64,000 nucleotides of DNA from Azolla caroliniana (GCA_043228905.1 JBHGNT010000008.1:13454001-13518000); one strand, 5' to 3'. Numbered from the stretch's first letter, positions 13,744-24,841 are shown. Notes: generated by a model not told the origin, from the letters alone. A program made the numbers and translations.

Positions 13744-16700
13744 ATGAACAAGGGAAAGAAAATCGTCAGGTTAGTAATATTCTTTACATTTTTTAAGAAT
13801 CCTAAAGATTCCTTAAAGATTCCTTTCCTCAACACATAGAGATTTTATTTTATTTTGTACAACGAACTTGGAAAGCAATTCTGAAAGGCAGGACCTTTCA
13901 ACCGAAATCCGATGCAGTGCAACGGATTTGCGTTGAAAGTCCTGCCTTTCAACCAAAATCCGATGCAATGCAGCGGATTTTGGTTGAAAAAAATGTTGTT
14001 TTTGCGATAAAAAACTATTGCATGGGACCATAAAATTGACGTAATTTAAATGATAATTTGCGTGATTTAGATAAAATTGTATGTTGTTTCTATGTTTTCA
14101 CCAACGTTTTTAATTTCAGTGAACCCAGACAAAATGTTACTTCATTTAGATTGAAGATTCGATCTCCGACAAAACGAGAATCTGGCTCCTTCATCAAGGA
14201 CACGAGTAAAAAGATTTTATTTGACTTAACGGGGGAAGGAGGATCCAAGTCATCTGTGGCTACTACCAAAATCAACAAAGGTAGTACGCAAGAGGAGAAA
14301 ACGGTTGAGGTGAAATATAAGGATTACCCCGAACTTGAATGGTGTCTCTCTTATGTCGAGGAGGATGGGGTGCTGTTATTGATAACGGCAAAATCGGACG
14401 GGGAAGGGAAACTTCAGCTTGGAAAAACATTTAATTACGGGCATGTAACCAAGCTAGAGTACGAAGACATTGACTCTACAAGTATTTTAATCGACGTCTC
14501 AAGCTCAGTTGGCAACAGGCGATTGCGACTTGATGAGGGAAACCTAGTACCCGAATCTTGCAATCCCAAGGCTTTGCGTAAAGACCTGCAAACGAAAAAT
14601 AACTTGTTGGTAGCTCTTCGGCCGTACGTGGCAGGAGAGATGATGACCGGTGAAGCAGAAACTCCACCGAAAAAGTCTAGGAAGACAAATCCTGTTCAAA
14701 AGAAATATACTAAACGACCACGACCCGAAGAAGAAGAAGAAGAAATATTAGAGTTCGTGGAAGAAGAAGACGACCAACAAGTCGACGTCGTGGCTCCAGG
14801 CGGACAACTATCTTCTGGTGTCCTGACGTCAGAACAAAATAAAATAAGAGAAAATATTGTGAAGACTAAACTTGTGCGCAGGGGCCAGCTACTTCATTTG
14901 CCCATTACTTCTATCCAAAGGCCCCCCATTGACCCCGTGACTGGAAGACGTCCCTTGGAAATTAGGGAGCCGCACTCCGTCCATGTGCAAAACCTGAAAA
15001 GCAAAATGAAAATCAATCCTCACGCTACTATGGTGCCATTTTTGGTAATGGTTGATCAAGAACAATGCCCAATAGTAGCAGATTTCAAGTATAGCTCTAC
15101 AGACGATTACACATACTATGTAATCGGAGGATCACATTCGGCCGAAGCTCGACGACAGCTTGTGAAAGAATATCCTCTCACGCCGTTCTTCAAGTACGCC
15201 GAATGTAAGGTATATGCAGGACTAACTCACGAGGAGGCGAAGCTGCTCGCATGGGACCATAACAATGACAGCGATTATAGGCAAAAGATGTCATGTATAG
15301 AGAGGATAAGATTTTTTCATCATGAATACCTGGATGCCTTGAATCGTTTTGGTCCAAGATTGTGGCCTGGATTGCGACGCCAGTGTTTATTGGAAGTAGG
15401 GATTGCAGTGGATGAGAGTACCAAATCCGAAGGTCTCCGAAAATATGATTCTTGGTTTCAACTAGCTTTTCGGACCGGAGAGGTGTGGGATCTCCAAGAC
15501 AAAATATTCTCTATGTGGGAGCGGAAAGAAGTCAAGGGGCAAAGATCAAAAAAGGGAAGAATTGATCCACAAGTTGAGATGAAATCAAAGACCAAGGGAA
15601 AAAGCGACTTGGTAATCGAGGAGTTAGCAGAGGACATGAAACTTTTACCTTGGAGATCATTACAAGGTATCAAAGATGATAGATTGTTAATATCCATGCT
15701 ATCTTGAGTGGTCGCCAAGGAATTTAGTTTGGACGAGATGGTAACAGACTTGCAAAAGTAAGTGTTTATAGTATACCTTTTCATGAAAGTCTTCAATTAT
15801 TTTGAATATCTTATTTCTAATTTCATATTGATTGTGCAGTCACAAGGTATACATGAAGATTCAGGAGTTGATGATGCAAAAACTGAGTTTACCGACATGG
15901 GAAGAAGTTGAACAAGCCTGCCCGATAACTTCTTCCTACAAGGCATTGGAGGAATATTTTATTGTATTTAGAGAATGGGTATGTGTCTTTTGAATGTTGA
16001 TATGTTAGAAACTAATGTTCCCTGCTAACAACAATGACACTTGCAGAAACCATCAAAATCGAAAAAGAACAACGACAATAATGACGGTATTCCAGCGGCC
16101 TTCATCACGCACTTAGAACGTGCGAAATATGAGAAGAGAATGACCAAAGGGAAGGAAATGGAACTACCCGAGGATTCGGAGACTGTAAAGAGTTTTTTGC
16201 ATAGGTCTGATCCTTTTAAACAGCTTCATTATAGTGTTTTCAATGGCGAAGTATCCCAGATGCTCGAACTGTTACCGAGAAGACACTACACTTTGTTGAT
16301 AGCTAACATACCATATGGTCTCCGTATTGCGGGATCAACATATGATGATGTGCCTTTCAAGTACCCTCAGATCGAGAAAATGGTAAAGGATTTCGCAGAA
16401 CTGACATTGGCCCCCTTGTGGAGGATAGTCATATTTCATAGCATGGGGCAATCACTGTCAGTCACAACAGCTTTGAAGTCCCGTTGTCATGCCACTGAAC
16501 ACATGCATTGGTGCGTTATAGTTCGCTTTTACTCATTACAGTACTTCTTATTATATGTACACATTTACACCTCTAATACTTGATTTTCTTTCTCTATAGG
16601 ATCAAAACAAATATTACACATAGCCCTGGCGATCGAATGGTTAGTGCGGTCGAACATTTTTGTGTGGGCTACTATGATTCAATTACAAAGAAGAAGGCTA

Positions 16701-17329
16701 GAGCACATGTCAATGAGCGTAACGTGGTTAACTACATCATGTGCCCAGCTGTAACCAAAAAATTAAGACATGTGTCAGGGGATAAAAGTATGGTGAACCC
16801 TTATCAAAAACCTCAAAGATTGATCAACCGCCTCATAGAGCTCTTCTCGAATCCAGATGATTGGGTCCTAGACTTGTTCTCTGGCACAGGTATAATATAT
16901 ATATTTAATTTCAATCCTGTCGATCAAGTTTAAGACGTTACTTCTTATATATACTTGTTTGTGTTCATGCAACCATTAGGTACAACGACAGCTTGTGCAT
17001 TGAAGATGTTTAGAAACTGTGTTGCATTGGAGAAGGACCCTGCTCAAGTTAACTTCATCAAAATGAGGATCACAAGAATCTAGGACTGTCCAGATCAGGA
17101 TCAAGAAGTCGGAGCAAAACACATCAACGAGACAGAGATGTTCCAGATGACTTCACGAGAACCAATGGAACCAATTGATGAAGAAGCAGGGGAGCTGGTG
17201 GACCTGGAAGATGTAGCACAGTTTGACCATACATCAGATTCGGGAGAGCTTGGAGATGACACGAATGAAAACAGTCTAGAACAATCAGCGCTAGAGGAGC
17301 CTGCTCTGCCTGATTTGCTTATAGATTGA
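13744..17329 (+). pseudogene. Six-exon ParB/Srx-like + beta-class N6A/N4C DNA methyltransferase fusion gene (exons 13744-13769, 14120-15757, 15840-15978, 16047-16510, 16600-16889, 16980-17329); two in-frame stops
   Basis: All five GT-AG introns keep frame; ParB-like LEIREPHSVHVQNLK..VPFLVMV..YVIGGSHSAEA..EEAKLLAWDHN; motif IV-like LIANIPYG; W-x-K; NPYQKPQRLINRLIELFSNPDDWVLDLFSGTGTT..R.CVALEKD; stops TGA 15705-15707, TAG 17081-17083. Confidence 0.85.
13883..13989. repeat. Overlapping palindrome pair in intron 1 of the MTase gene
   Basis: GAAAGGCAGGAC/GTCCTGCCTTTC enclosing CTTTCAACCGAAATCCG..CGGATTTGCGTTGAAAG; second TTTCAACCAAAATCCG..CGGATTTTGGTTGAAA. Confidence 0.85.
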
Positions 17330-18169
17330 TGTAGATGGCATAATGTAAAAATTGAGGATTTTGAGGCATAATGTGCACCATCACTTCATATTATATTTGT
17401 ATATGAGAACATCTGTAATTGTTTATCGTTTAATTAAATTCACCTATTCATAATTTCCCTTTTTAATCATTATTGGAACCGTAGTTTGTATTTACATATA
17501 ATTCGTCACCATGCTCTTCTTCAGTTTGAGATATTAACATGATATTGTAATTTCTCATTTCCGTTAGCATGACTGTATATGAAAAGGCGAATGTTTTTTA
17601 TAATAAGAGGTTTTTAGTTACCTACGGTTCAAGTCTACTGGTTCCACATAGTATAAATGAATGTCGTACGTAATTGTTACTCTTACCAATTACATTGTCA
17701 TGAGCTATATGACATTATACAATGAAACTATCGATATACCCGTCCAACAAGTGGGGTACTACTTTATTCCTAAACCCAAAACCACATATTTATAATTACG
17801 GTTTATGTAGTTTTACTCTACAATTTGAATATGGATACCAATTTTAGAACTTTATATTGAACCAAGTCTTCAATTGTGCTCCATGATATGCAAATTGACA
17901 CGAATGTGGACACATATACAATTTAGTAATTGCTAGGTTTTTTTTGTTCTATATTTAACCATCAAGTCGCAAAAGGGGTACGCATGCATCGTATATTTTC
18001 GATATCAGGCTAAAATAGGGTACTTTTCTACATCTGGCCAACTATGCCAAAAGAGAATACGACATATTACCTGTTTCAAATGACCCGGTGTTCACCGTGG
18101 CCAAAGATTTCACCTCTTCACCTTTCTTGGCACATACCGGAGGATGTGCGGGTTTGGTGGGGTTGGATG

Positions 18170-18393
18170 TCGTGACGATTTTTGGCTACGGTGTGAAACC
18201 GAGTGAGACGAATAAACCAAGGATGTGCAACATTGCACATACACTTAGCAAATAAGCCTCCTAAGGCCTAGTGGCACTTGAGTTCGTGACGATTTTTGGC
18301 TACGGTGTGAAACCGAGTGAGACGAATAAACCAAGGATGTGCAACATTGCACATACACTTAGCAAATAAGCCTCCTAAGGCCTAGTGGCACTT
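18170..18393. repeat. ~114-bp tandem duplication at start of element A 3' LTR
   Basis: TCGTGACGATTTTTGGCTACGG...CTAGTGGCACTT twice. Confidence 0.9.
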
Positions 18394-21300
18394 AAAGAGG
18401 GGTGCAAGCAAGGTTTGAACCTTGCACCTCTAAGATACAAGATGATTGCCTTACCACTAGGACAACTATCATATAGTGTCGATTTTATGTATTTACTTTT
18501 CATATATGAATTATAGATGAAACAACCATTAGAAAACCATGTGCACAAAACCATGGTTCTAAACCTATGGTTTGTGCATGACATAAGCAAAACCGTGTGC
18601 ACAAAACCATGGTTTTAGCCCATGGTTTTGTGCATTTCACAAGCATGGAAAGACCTATAAAAGCCTCTACCTGAGCTTGTGTAAGGGGGGCTCAATATGT
18701 GATATCACCAACACAACTATCATCAATTTAATTATATTTGTCTTTATCTTCTTCATATTTTTCTACTTCTCAAGTGTACAATCTTTCTTCTTCTCAAGTA
18801 AACCAATTTCATCTAATCTTACATTGATCGTCATCTCTTCGATAATTCTGCAAAAATCCTCCCCAGTCCAAGACCCCGGTGGTCGCTCGAGTAGCACACG
18901 CACGCGCGAATCTTCGTGACAACGTGTGCCTCACAATTCTAAGACATTGTCTACAGGTCAGTGTGCTAAGTTAGCCCCATGGTTTTGTGGAGGTTTTACA
19001 GTTCTCAAACGTATTGGTTCATCAACCTATCGTCTCGCTCTTCCTGATGGCATTGAAATCCATCTAGTTTTTCATGTAAGTTGTCTAAAAGAACTTCTTG
19101 GTTCTAGCGATAATACAGTCACAAATGAAACTCTAGTTACTTCTGAAGAATTATCTTCTAAACCACATGTACAAGAGACAATTCTCCATGCTTAAACGAA
19201 AATTTTACATTCTAAAATAATCCGAGAATTTAAAATTAAATGGATGGATAAGTCTATACAAGATGCTACATGGGAACACGCAAATACTCTTAAAACTCAC
19301 TTTCCTAACTTTCCATTGCAAAATTGCAATGTTTTGAAGAGGGGGAATATGTTACGGGCATGACCATATAATATCCTGTGGTAAGTTATACCGTAGTATT
19401 TTACACACAAGGATAACATGTGAGGGTTAACCGAGAGTGTAAAGAAGGGAAGGATTACTTTTAATACTTGGGATTGAGACAATCAATTAAGGTCAAGTGT
19501 GAACTTTCCTAGAGGTCTTAGGTCTGGCTATAAATATGAGGCCTAACCACCCTCATTTGACACATTATCGACTATGTCCAGACTCTATCCTTGTGGTGAA
19601 TAAACTCTTGTAGTGAGCACGCCAGTACCAAGTACGACTCGATGCCACGAGAGTGGTATGGAACTCTGATCGAGGCTCGAGTCCATCTCGATCCCTTCGC
19701 TCAGGGGTGGTCGGGTGGATCGGCACCCTTCTTTCTCTCTCCCCTTTCTTTTCTATCTATCTATTATATCCTTACCATATTCTTACATTAGGATCTAACT
19801 CTAACATTAGTAGTGATTGATGGGCGCACCATAGCTTCAAGAAAGATATTTGAAGAGTCTAAGCCCATACACATACTCTTAGGTGATTTAGGATGTGTAC
19901 TTTCCTTTATCATAATCTGTATCCCCGAGCATCCAATTGTCCTTAGTTTCCCATGGTGCATATAATCTTGTTCGAATTTGACCGGGAGATGAGTCGAAAA
20001 CTACATTTCGCACTTGATATGGTCATTTTGAGTATACAATCATGCCTTTCGGACTCACAAATGCACGCACAGTTTTTCAACATATAGCAAATGAAATTTT
20101 CCTAGATTTTCTAGATATCTTTCTCATCGTCTATTTAGATGAAACATAGGAGGAGCATGATATACATGTGTGGAAAGTACTTGAATGCTTAAGAAAGTAT
20201 GGTCTTTATGCCAAACTTGAGAATTGTAGCTTTGACTGCAAACAAGTCAAATCTTTGGGTTATACTATTTCATCCAAGGGCATCTTCATGGATCCAACAA
20301 AAGTCCAAACAATATTGGAATGGCAACCCGCACGTTCTATTCGAGACGTTCAATGTTTGATCGGATATGCCAGCTTCAAACGCAAATTCATATGGAATTA
20401 TTCAAAGATTGGGTTGCCTCTCACCCAACTCACCAAGAAAAATCAAGCATTTGTTTGGACTATTGAAGCAGACAAAGCCTTTACTCAACTCAAAAAGGCA
20501 TTCACATCAGCTCCTATCTTAGCTCATATCGATCCCCAAAATCCATTTACCATTGAGGTGGATGCATCAGACTTTGTGTTGGGGAGTATCCTATCACAAC
20601 CATGCGAGGATGGGAAGTCCTATCCAATCGTGTTTCACTCAAGAAAATTTATTGTTGCGGAGAAAAACTACGAGGTGCGTGACAAGGAGTTACTGGTTGT
20701 GGTTGACTCTTTCGAGCAATGGTGACATTTCTTGGAAGGATTGCCTCATCAAATCATCATTATAGTGATCACAAAAATATTACATGTTTTCAAAACAGCT
20801 CGAGTGTTGAATAGGAAACAAGCTCGGTGGACACGGTTTCTAACTCGATTTCAATATCATTTTTCACCAAGCGAAACATCAAGGGAAAGTAGATGCTCTG
20901 TCTTGGTGTTCATATATGGCACTTCAACCTAGAGATCCAGCCTTTGACAATCAAAAGAAAATTCTCCTAGTACCATCAAAGCTACAAGCAACAACAATTT
21001 GTGCCACGCCACTTGATTCAAGCATTCTTGATACTATTCGGCAACAACTTCACTCTGATGATTTAGCTAAGGATGTCTTAGCCCACACTGGTCCAAGCCA
21101 TGCGTCTTGCTCCACATTGCAAGGGTCATCTCAACACTATCAAGAATTTAAGTGGCTAGATGGCATACTCTTCTACAAGAATCTTCTTTACGTCCTTGAC
21201 GGACCACCCCGCCTTCAAGTGTTAGAGCATTGTTACGGTGCCCCTATGGGTAAACATTTTGGTATTGCCAAGACTATGGAGCTGCTGAAGTGCTCATTTT

Positions 21301-21877
21301 AGTGACCTCACTTCCAAAACTTTGTCGAAGCTTACGTTTGTCGTGACTCTTGAGTAGGAAGCAGAGAGAGAGCGATGGCGATAGAGATAACGATAACGAT
21401 AGAGATGGCGAGAGCGGTAGAGATAGCGATAGTGATAGAAAGAGAGTGAAAGAGGGAGAGAGTGCGAGAGAGAGAAAAGTATAAGTGAGAGATAAGAAAT
21501 GGGAATGCGATTATATTATGAGAAAGAAGATTACAAGGAGTAGGCTAAGGGCTAAAGACTGGTGTTGAACCGAATGAGTTGTGATGAGTGTATGGACTCT
21601 TATTTATAGGCCCTTATGGAGTATTCTAGAATGTTCTAGAATATTTTAGATATTTATGAATAATAATAATAATAAATATAATCATGAAATATTCAAGAAC
21701 ATTCTAGAATAATCTAGAATGTTCTAAATATCTCGTAATAACTAAACATATAATTATTATGATTACATCTCACATATGTTATTACAATGGTTAAAGTACA
21801 ATATGTAAACCAAGAGGTTACGGGTTCGATTCCTGGTTCGCCAAGATGAATGTCATGATAAGCCAAGATGTATGTCT

Positions 21878-23182
21878 TCATGACATTATCCCCTCTTTTC
21901 GATGACGAGTTGCACGAGTCGGAAGAAAAGAGTTCAGACTTGGTTTATGAGGATATTGGTTGTGAAATGCAACAACCATGTCGGAGGCATTGGCAAGATG
22001 TTCGGCAGGCTCCCATGTTCGATCATTAGGTGTATAGCCTAACCAATCAACCAAGTAGTATAGTTTGTTGCGAATGATCTTGGAGTCGAGGATAGCGGCA
22101 ACCTCATATTCAGAGCCATTGGAAACGTCAATTGGAGGTGGGGGAGGTGTAACACGACCCGGAATAGAGCTCGTTGTGTAAGGCTCCAAAAGTGAAACAT
22201 GGAAGACCGGGTGAAGACGCATATGAGGAGGAAGATCAAGTCGAAATGTCACATCATTGATCTTACCACTTATGTCATATGGGCCAAAACGTTGATAATC
22301 CAATTTGTAGCAAGGTCGGGTCGTTTTAATGCTACCTTGTAAGAGCCATACACGATCGCCTACTTGAAATGTAGTCGATGAATCACGCCGATGACGGTCA
22401 GCAATCTTCTTTTGAGTGTTTTGGGCTTCACATAAATGATGCAAAAGCATATCCTGAACTTCTTGGAGTCGAGTGAGCCGATCTTCAGCAGCTGGGTTTT
22501 TTGGGAGTTCAGGATGTTCAAGCATCGTCCAACGAGGATGGTACCCAATGTTTGCAAAAAATGGGGAATATCCAGTAGAAGAATGCTCGGAGTTGTTATA
22601 AGCAAATTCTGCCAAAGGTAGTAAATCCACCCAATCATCTTGTTGATAGTTGACAAAACAACGTAGATATTGCTCGACTGTTTGGTTGGTGCGCTCACTC
22701 TGCCCATTAGTCACTGGATGGTAGCCGGAAGAGAGTTTACAAGAAGTATGTAAGAGTCTGAACATGTGGCGCCAAAATTTCGAGATGAATTGGGGACCCC
22801 GATCACTGATAATATCATCCGGAAGACCATAATGGCGAAACACCTCCCGCATGAGTAAATCAGCTGTCTCTTGACTAGTAATGGTCTTTGTGCATGGAAG
22901 GAAATGTGCCATCTTCGTAAAACGATCGACAACCGTGAGAATCGAATCAAATCCCTTGGAAGGTGGAAGATCCGTAATAAAGTCCAAGGAAATAGATTTC
23001 CATGGGCTCTCCGGAATAGGCATTGGCTGTAATAAGCCATATGGATGATGTCGAGGCTTTTTTGATCGGCAACATGTATCACAGCTACAAACATAATCCG
23101 TAACAAAATGGCGAAGCCGTGGCCACCAATATCGGCGAGAAATCAACTCAAAAGTCTTGTGGATGCCGAAGTGTCCCGCCAT
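21878..23182 (-). CDS. Integrase with C-terminal chromodomain (element C)
   Basis: (CHDTP)MAGHFG..CDTC, SLDFITDLP, ISDRGPQF, GQSERTNQ, YEVAAILDS..YYLVDWLGY..RTWEP. Confidence 0.9.
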   Translation of the reverse strand: MAGHFGIHKTFELISRRYWWPRLRHFVTDYVCSCDTCCRSKKPRHHPYGLLQPMPIPESPWKSISLDFITDLPPSKGFDSILTVVDRFTKMAHFLPCTKTITSQETADLLMREVFRHYGLPDDIISDRGPQFISKFWRHMFRLLHTSCKLSSGYHPVTNGQSERTNQTVEQYLRCFVNYQQDDWVDLLPLAEFAYNNSEHSSTGYSPFFANIGYHPRWTMLEHPELPKNPAAEDRLTRLQEVQDMLLHHLCEAQNTQKKIADRHRRDSSTTFQVGDRVWLLQGSIKTTRPCYKLDYQRFGPYDISGKINDVTFRLDLPPHMRLHPVFHVSLLEPYTTSSIPGRVTPPPPPIDVSNGSEYEVAAILDSKIIRNKLYYLVDWLGYTPNDRTWEPAEHLANASDMVVAFHNQYPHKPSLNSFLPTRATRHRKEGIMS

Positions 23183-23189
23183 TGGTGTG

Positions 23190-23687
23190 TCATGACATTG
23201 TTGAAATTGTGGGGGATCCTAGATCCTTAGTTGGAGCTTCAAGAGACTTGGATTGTACGGTGACCTCTTCAATAGTTCTTTTTCTCCAATCAATGGTTGG
23301 GTTATGTAACTCAAACCAAGGAAGACCAAGAACTAGAGAGTGCTCCGGACTACTAATGATGTTAAATGAGATGACACTAGCCAAATTACCTAGGACTACA
23401 CGAATTGGTTCAGACTCTTCGACTATATCTCCTGATGCTATAGGGCGACCATCGATGACTCCTACAGCTACTGGGTTTGGGAGTTTTTTCAAGATGATGT
23501 TTTGAGTCAATGCAAACTCGCGATCCATGAAACAAGAATTGGCTCCGGAATCTAGGAGGGCAGAGGCTAGGGCGCGATGACCTGTAGATGTGCTAAGCTC
23601 GACTTGTGCAGAAAAAACTCTACTAACTTGATTTGATGAAATGGAACCACAACTAGGTACTGACTCTACATAACTAGGATGGTCCAA
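23190..23687 (-). CDS. Retroviral-type aspartic protease (element C)
   Basis: ALLDSGANSCFMD and LVLGLPWFELHNPTIDW. Confidence 0.85.
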   Translation of the reverse strand: MDHPSYVESVPSCGSISSNQVSRVFSAQVELSTSTGHRALASALLDSGANSCFMDREFALTQNIILKKLPNPVAVGVIDGRPIASGDIVEESEPIRVVLGNLASVISFNIISSPEHSLVLGLPWFELHNPTIDWRKRTIEEVTVQSKSLEAPTKDLGSPTISTMS

Positions 23688-23713
23688 CCAAATGGCTCCT
23701 ATTTTGGCCGGAC

Positions 23714-24841
23714 TTATTCGTTTAACACATCCTCTAATTGGCTCAAGACATCAAATCTATTCTCATGGCATGGGCTAGTAGGCTTAGTACTTAAGTTATT
23801 AGAAGTGATAGTAGAACTTGATGTAGGGTTGTCATGTGCACTTACTTGGTAAACTTGACGCCTGGGTTTATGTGGACAATTCACAACTATATGTCCTGGA
23901 CCACCACAGTAGAGGCATAGGCGATGCGCCCGACGTCGTTGTTTCTCAGCATCTGATAAGGGCCCGCGACGTTGTGTCGACTCTATTTCCATCGGAGTGG
24001 GACCATCCCTCGTAACGGGTCTAGAACCTTGTGGCGGTGTGGCGACTATAGAAGCGTATGTCTGTTCCGGTTGGCGGCGTAACATTTGTTGACGTTCAGA
24101 ACGTCGCTCAAATAGGCGATTATCACATCGCACAGCTCGGCTAATAGCTTCAGTAAGAGACTTTGGATCTTCATGGAAAGTAAGAAGAAGATCTTTGACA
24201 TCGTTACGCAAACCCTGACGGAATTGATCCATTAAGGCTGCCTCATCCCAAGGGATGTCGCATGCCAAGAGACGGAAATCTGCGGCATAAGCTGAAGCGG
24301 GACGATCTCCTTGTCGGAGTCTTCGAATCTTGTTTATTGCAGTCCTAGTGCTATCCGTATCTCCAAAACTAGCTTGAAACTCCTTAACGAATGCCTCGAA
24401 ATCCTCCAGTAATGGTGATTTCTTCTCAAGAAGTGGTGCAAACCATGCTAACGCTGTACCGCTTAGCAAGGTTCCTATTAATCCCACACGGGCAGCATCA
24501 GTTGGATACCGATTGGGATGTAACTGAATCACCAAACGAACTTGATTCAGGAAACCTCGAAAGAGAGATCTGGTACCATCAAACTTGGCAGGGAGGCTAA
24601 TCTTTGGTTCCCTTGGGGAGTTTTGAACCCCCGCCGCTTGTTCTTGTAATGCTAATATAGTAGCCTCAAGTTGATGAACCCGTTGTGATAACTCCTCATA
24701 TTGATGAGCTTTCTCAGTACTGACTTGTTGAAGATCCCCGAGTAGCCTTTGATTTTCTTGCTCTAATGCCACAAACTTAGTGGTGAGCATATCGAGCTCC
24801 GAAAGGACACGCATATACTCTTGCTTGCTGACCGACTCCAT
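23714..24841 (-). CDS. Gag (PEG10-like capsid + CCHC knuckle; element C)
   Basis: PKISLPAKFDGTR, LRQGDRPASAYAADF, PMEI, CLYCGGPGHIVVNCP. Confidence 0.92.
   Translation of the reverse strand: MESVSKQEYMRVLSELDMLTTKFVALEQENQRLLGDLQQVSTEKAHQYEELSQRVHQLEATILALQEQAAGVQNSPREPKISLPAKFDGTRSLFRGFLNQVRLVIQLHPNRYPTDAARVGLIGTLLSGTALAWFAPLLEKKSPLLEDFEAFVKEFQASFGDTDSTRTAINKIRRLRQGDRPASAYAADFRLLACDIPWDEAALMDQFRQGLRNDVKDLLLTFHEDPKSLTEAISRAVRCDNRLFERRSERQQMLRRQPEQTYASIVATPPQGSRPVTRDGPTPMEIESTQRRGPLSDAEKQRRRAHRLCLYCGGPGHIVVNCPHKPRRQVYQVSAHDNPTSSSTITSNNLSTKPTSPCHENRFDVLSQLEDVLNE

Larger units (their letters stand above)
10448..18092. mobile_element. TIR DNA transposon (Sola1-like) carrying a transposase and a ParB-DNA methyltransferase gene
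   Basis: Perfect 33-bp TIRs AACACCGGGTCATTTGAAACAGGTAATATGTCG (10448-10480) and its reverse complement (18060-18092); TSD CACC at 10444-10447 and 18093-18096. Confidence 0.93.
8227..18921 (+). mobile_element. Non-autonomous LTR-type element A (gag-like remnant, no pol), 4-bp TSD ACGT; 5' end is an inverted copy of its 3' LTR end
   Basis: TSD ACGT 8223-8226 and 18922-18925; ~79-bp inverted repeat 8227-8305 vs 18843-18921; PBS 8308-8325; PPT GGTTTGGTGGGGTTGGA then TGTCGTG at 18168; gag-like ORF pieces from 8347. Confidence 0.8.
7050..19806 (+). mobile_element. Degenerate chromovirus-like Gypsy (relative of the 43444-50473 element); integrase split by nested insertion 8227-18921; 3' LTR 19350-19806
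   Basis: [17 protein letters not shown] at 7676-8080; text ...QKVFLR|[11 protein letters not shown] rejoins across 8226/18926; PPT GAAGAGGGGGAATA then TGTTAC...TAACA LTR similar to 43444-43904. Confidence 0.85.

Noticed and set aside
13744-17329. Bacterial contamination or restriction-modification operon
   Set aside because: Frame-preserving spliceosomal introns, TSD-bounded insertion within plant retroelements, no nuclease partner seen
8227-18921. Bona fide Ginger DNA transposon
   Set aside because: TGT..ACA inverted ends and 4-bp TSD fit, but it has PBS, PPT and gag-like sequence and no integrase
21775-21843. Functional tRNA gene
   Set aside because: A/B boxes present, but acceptor and anticodon stems do not pair; lies within an LTR
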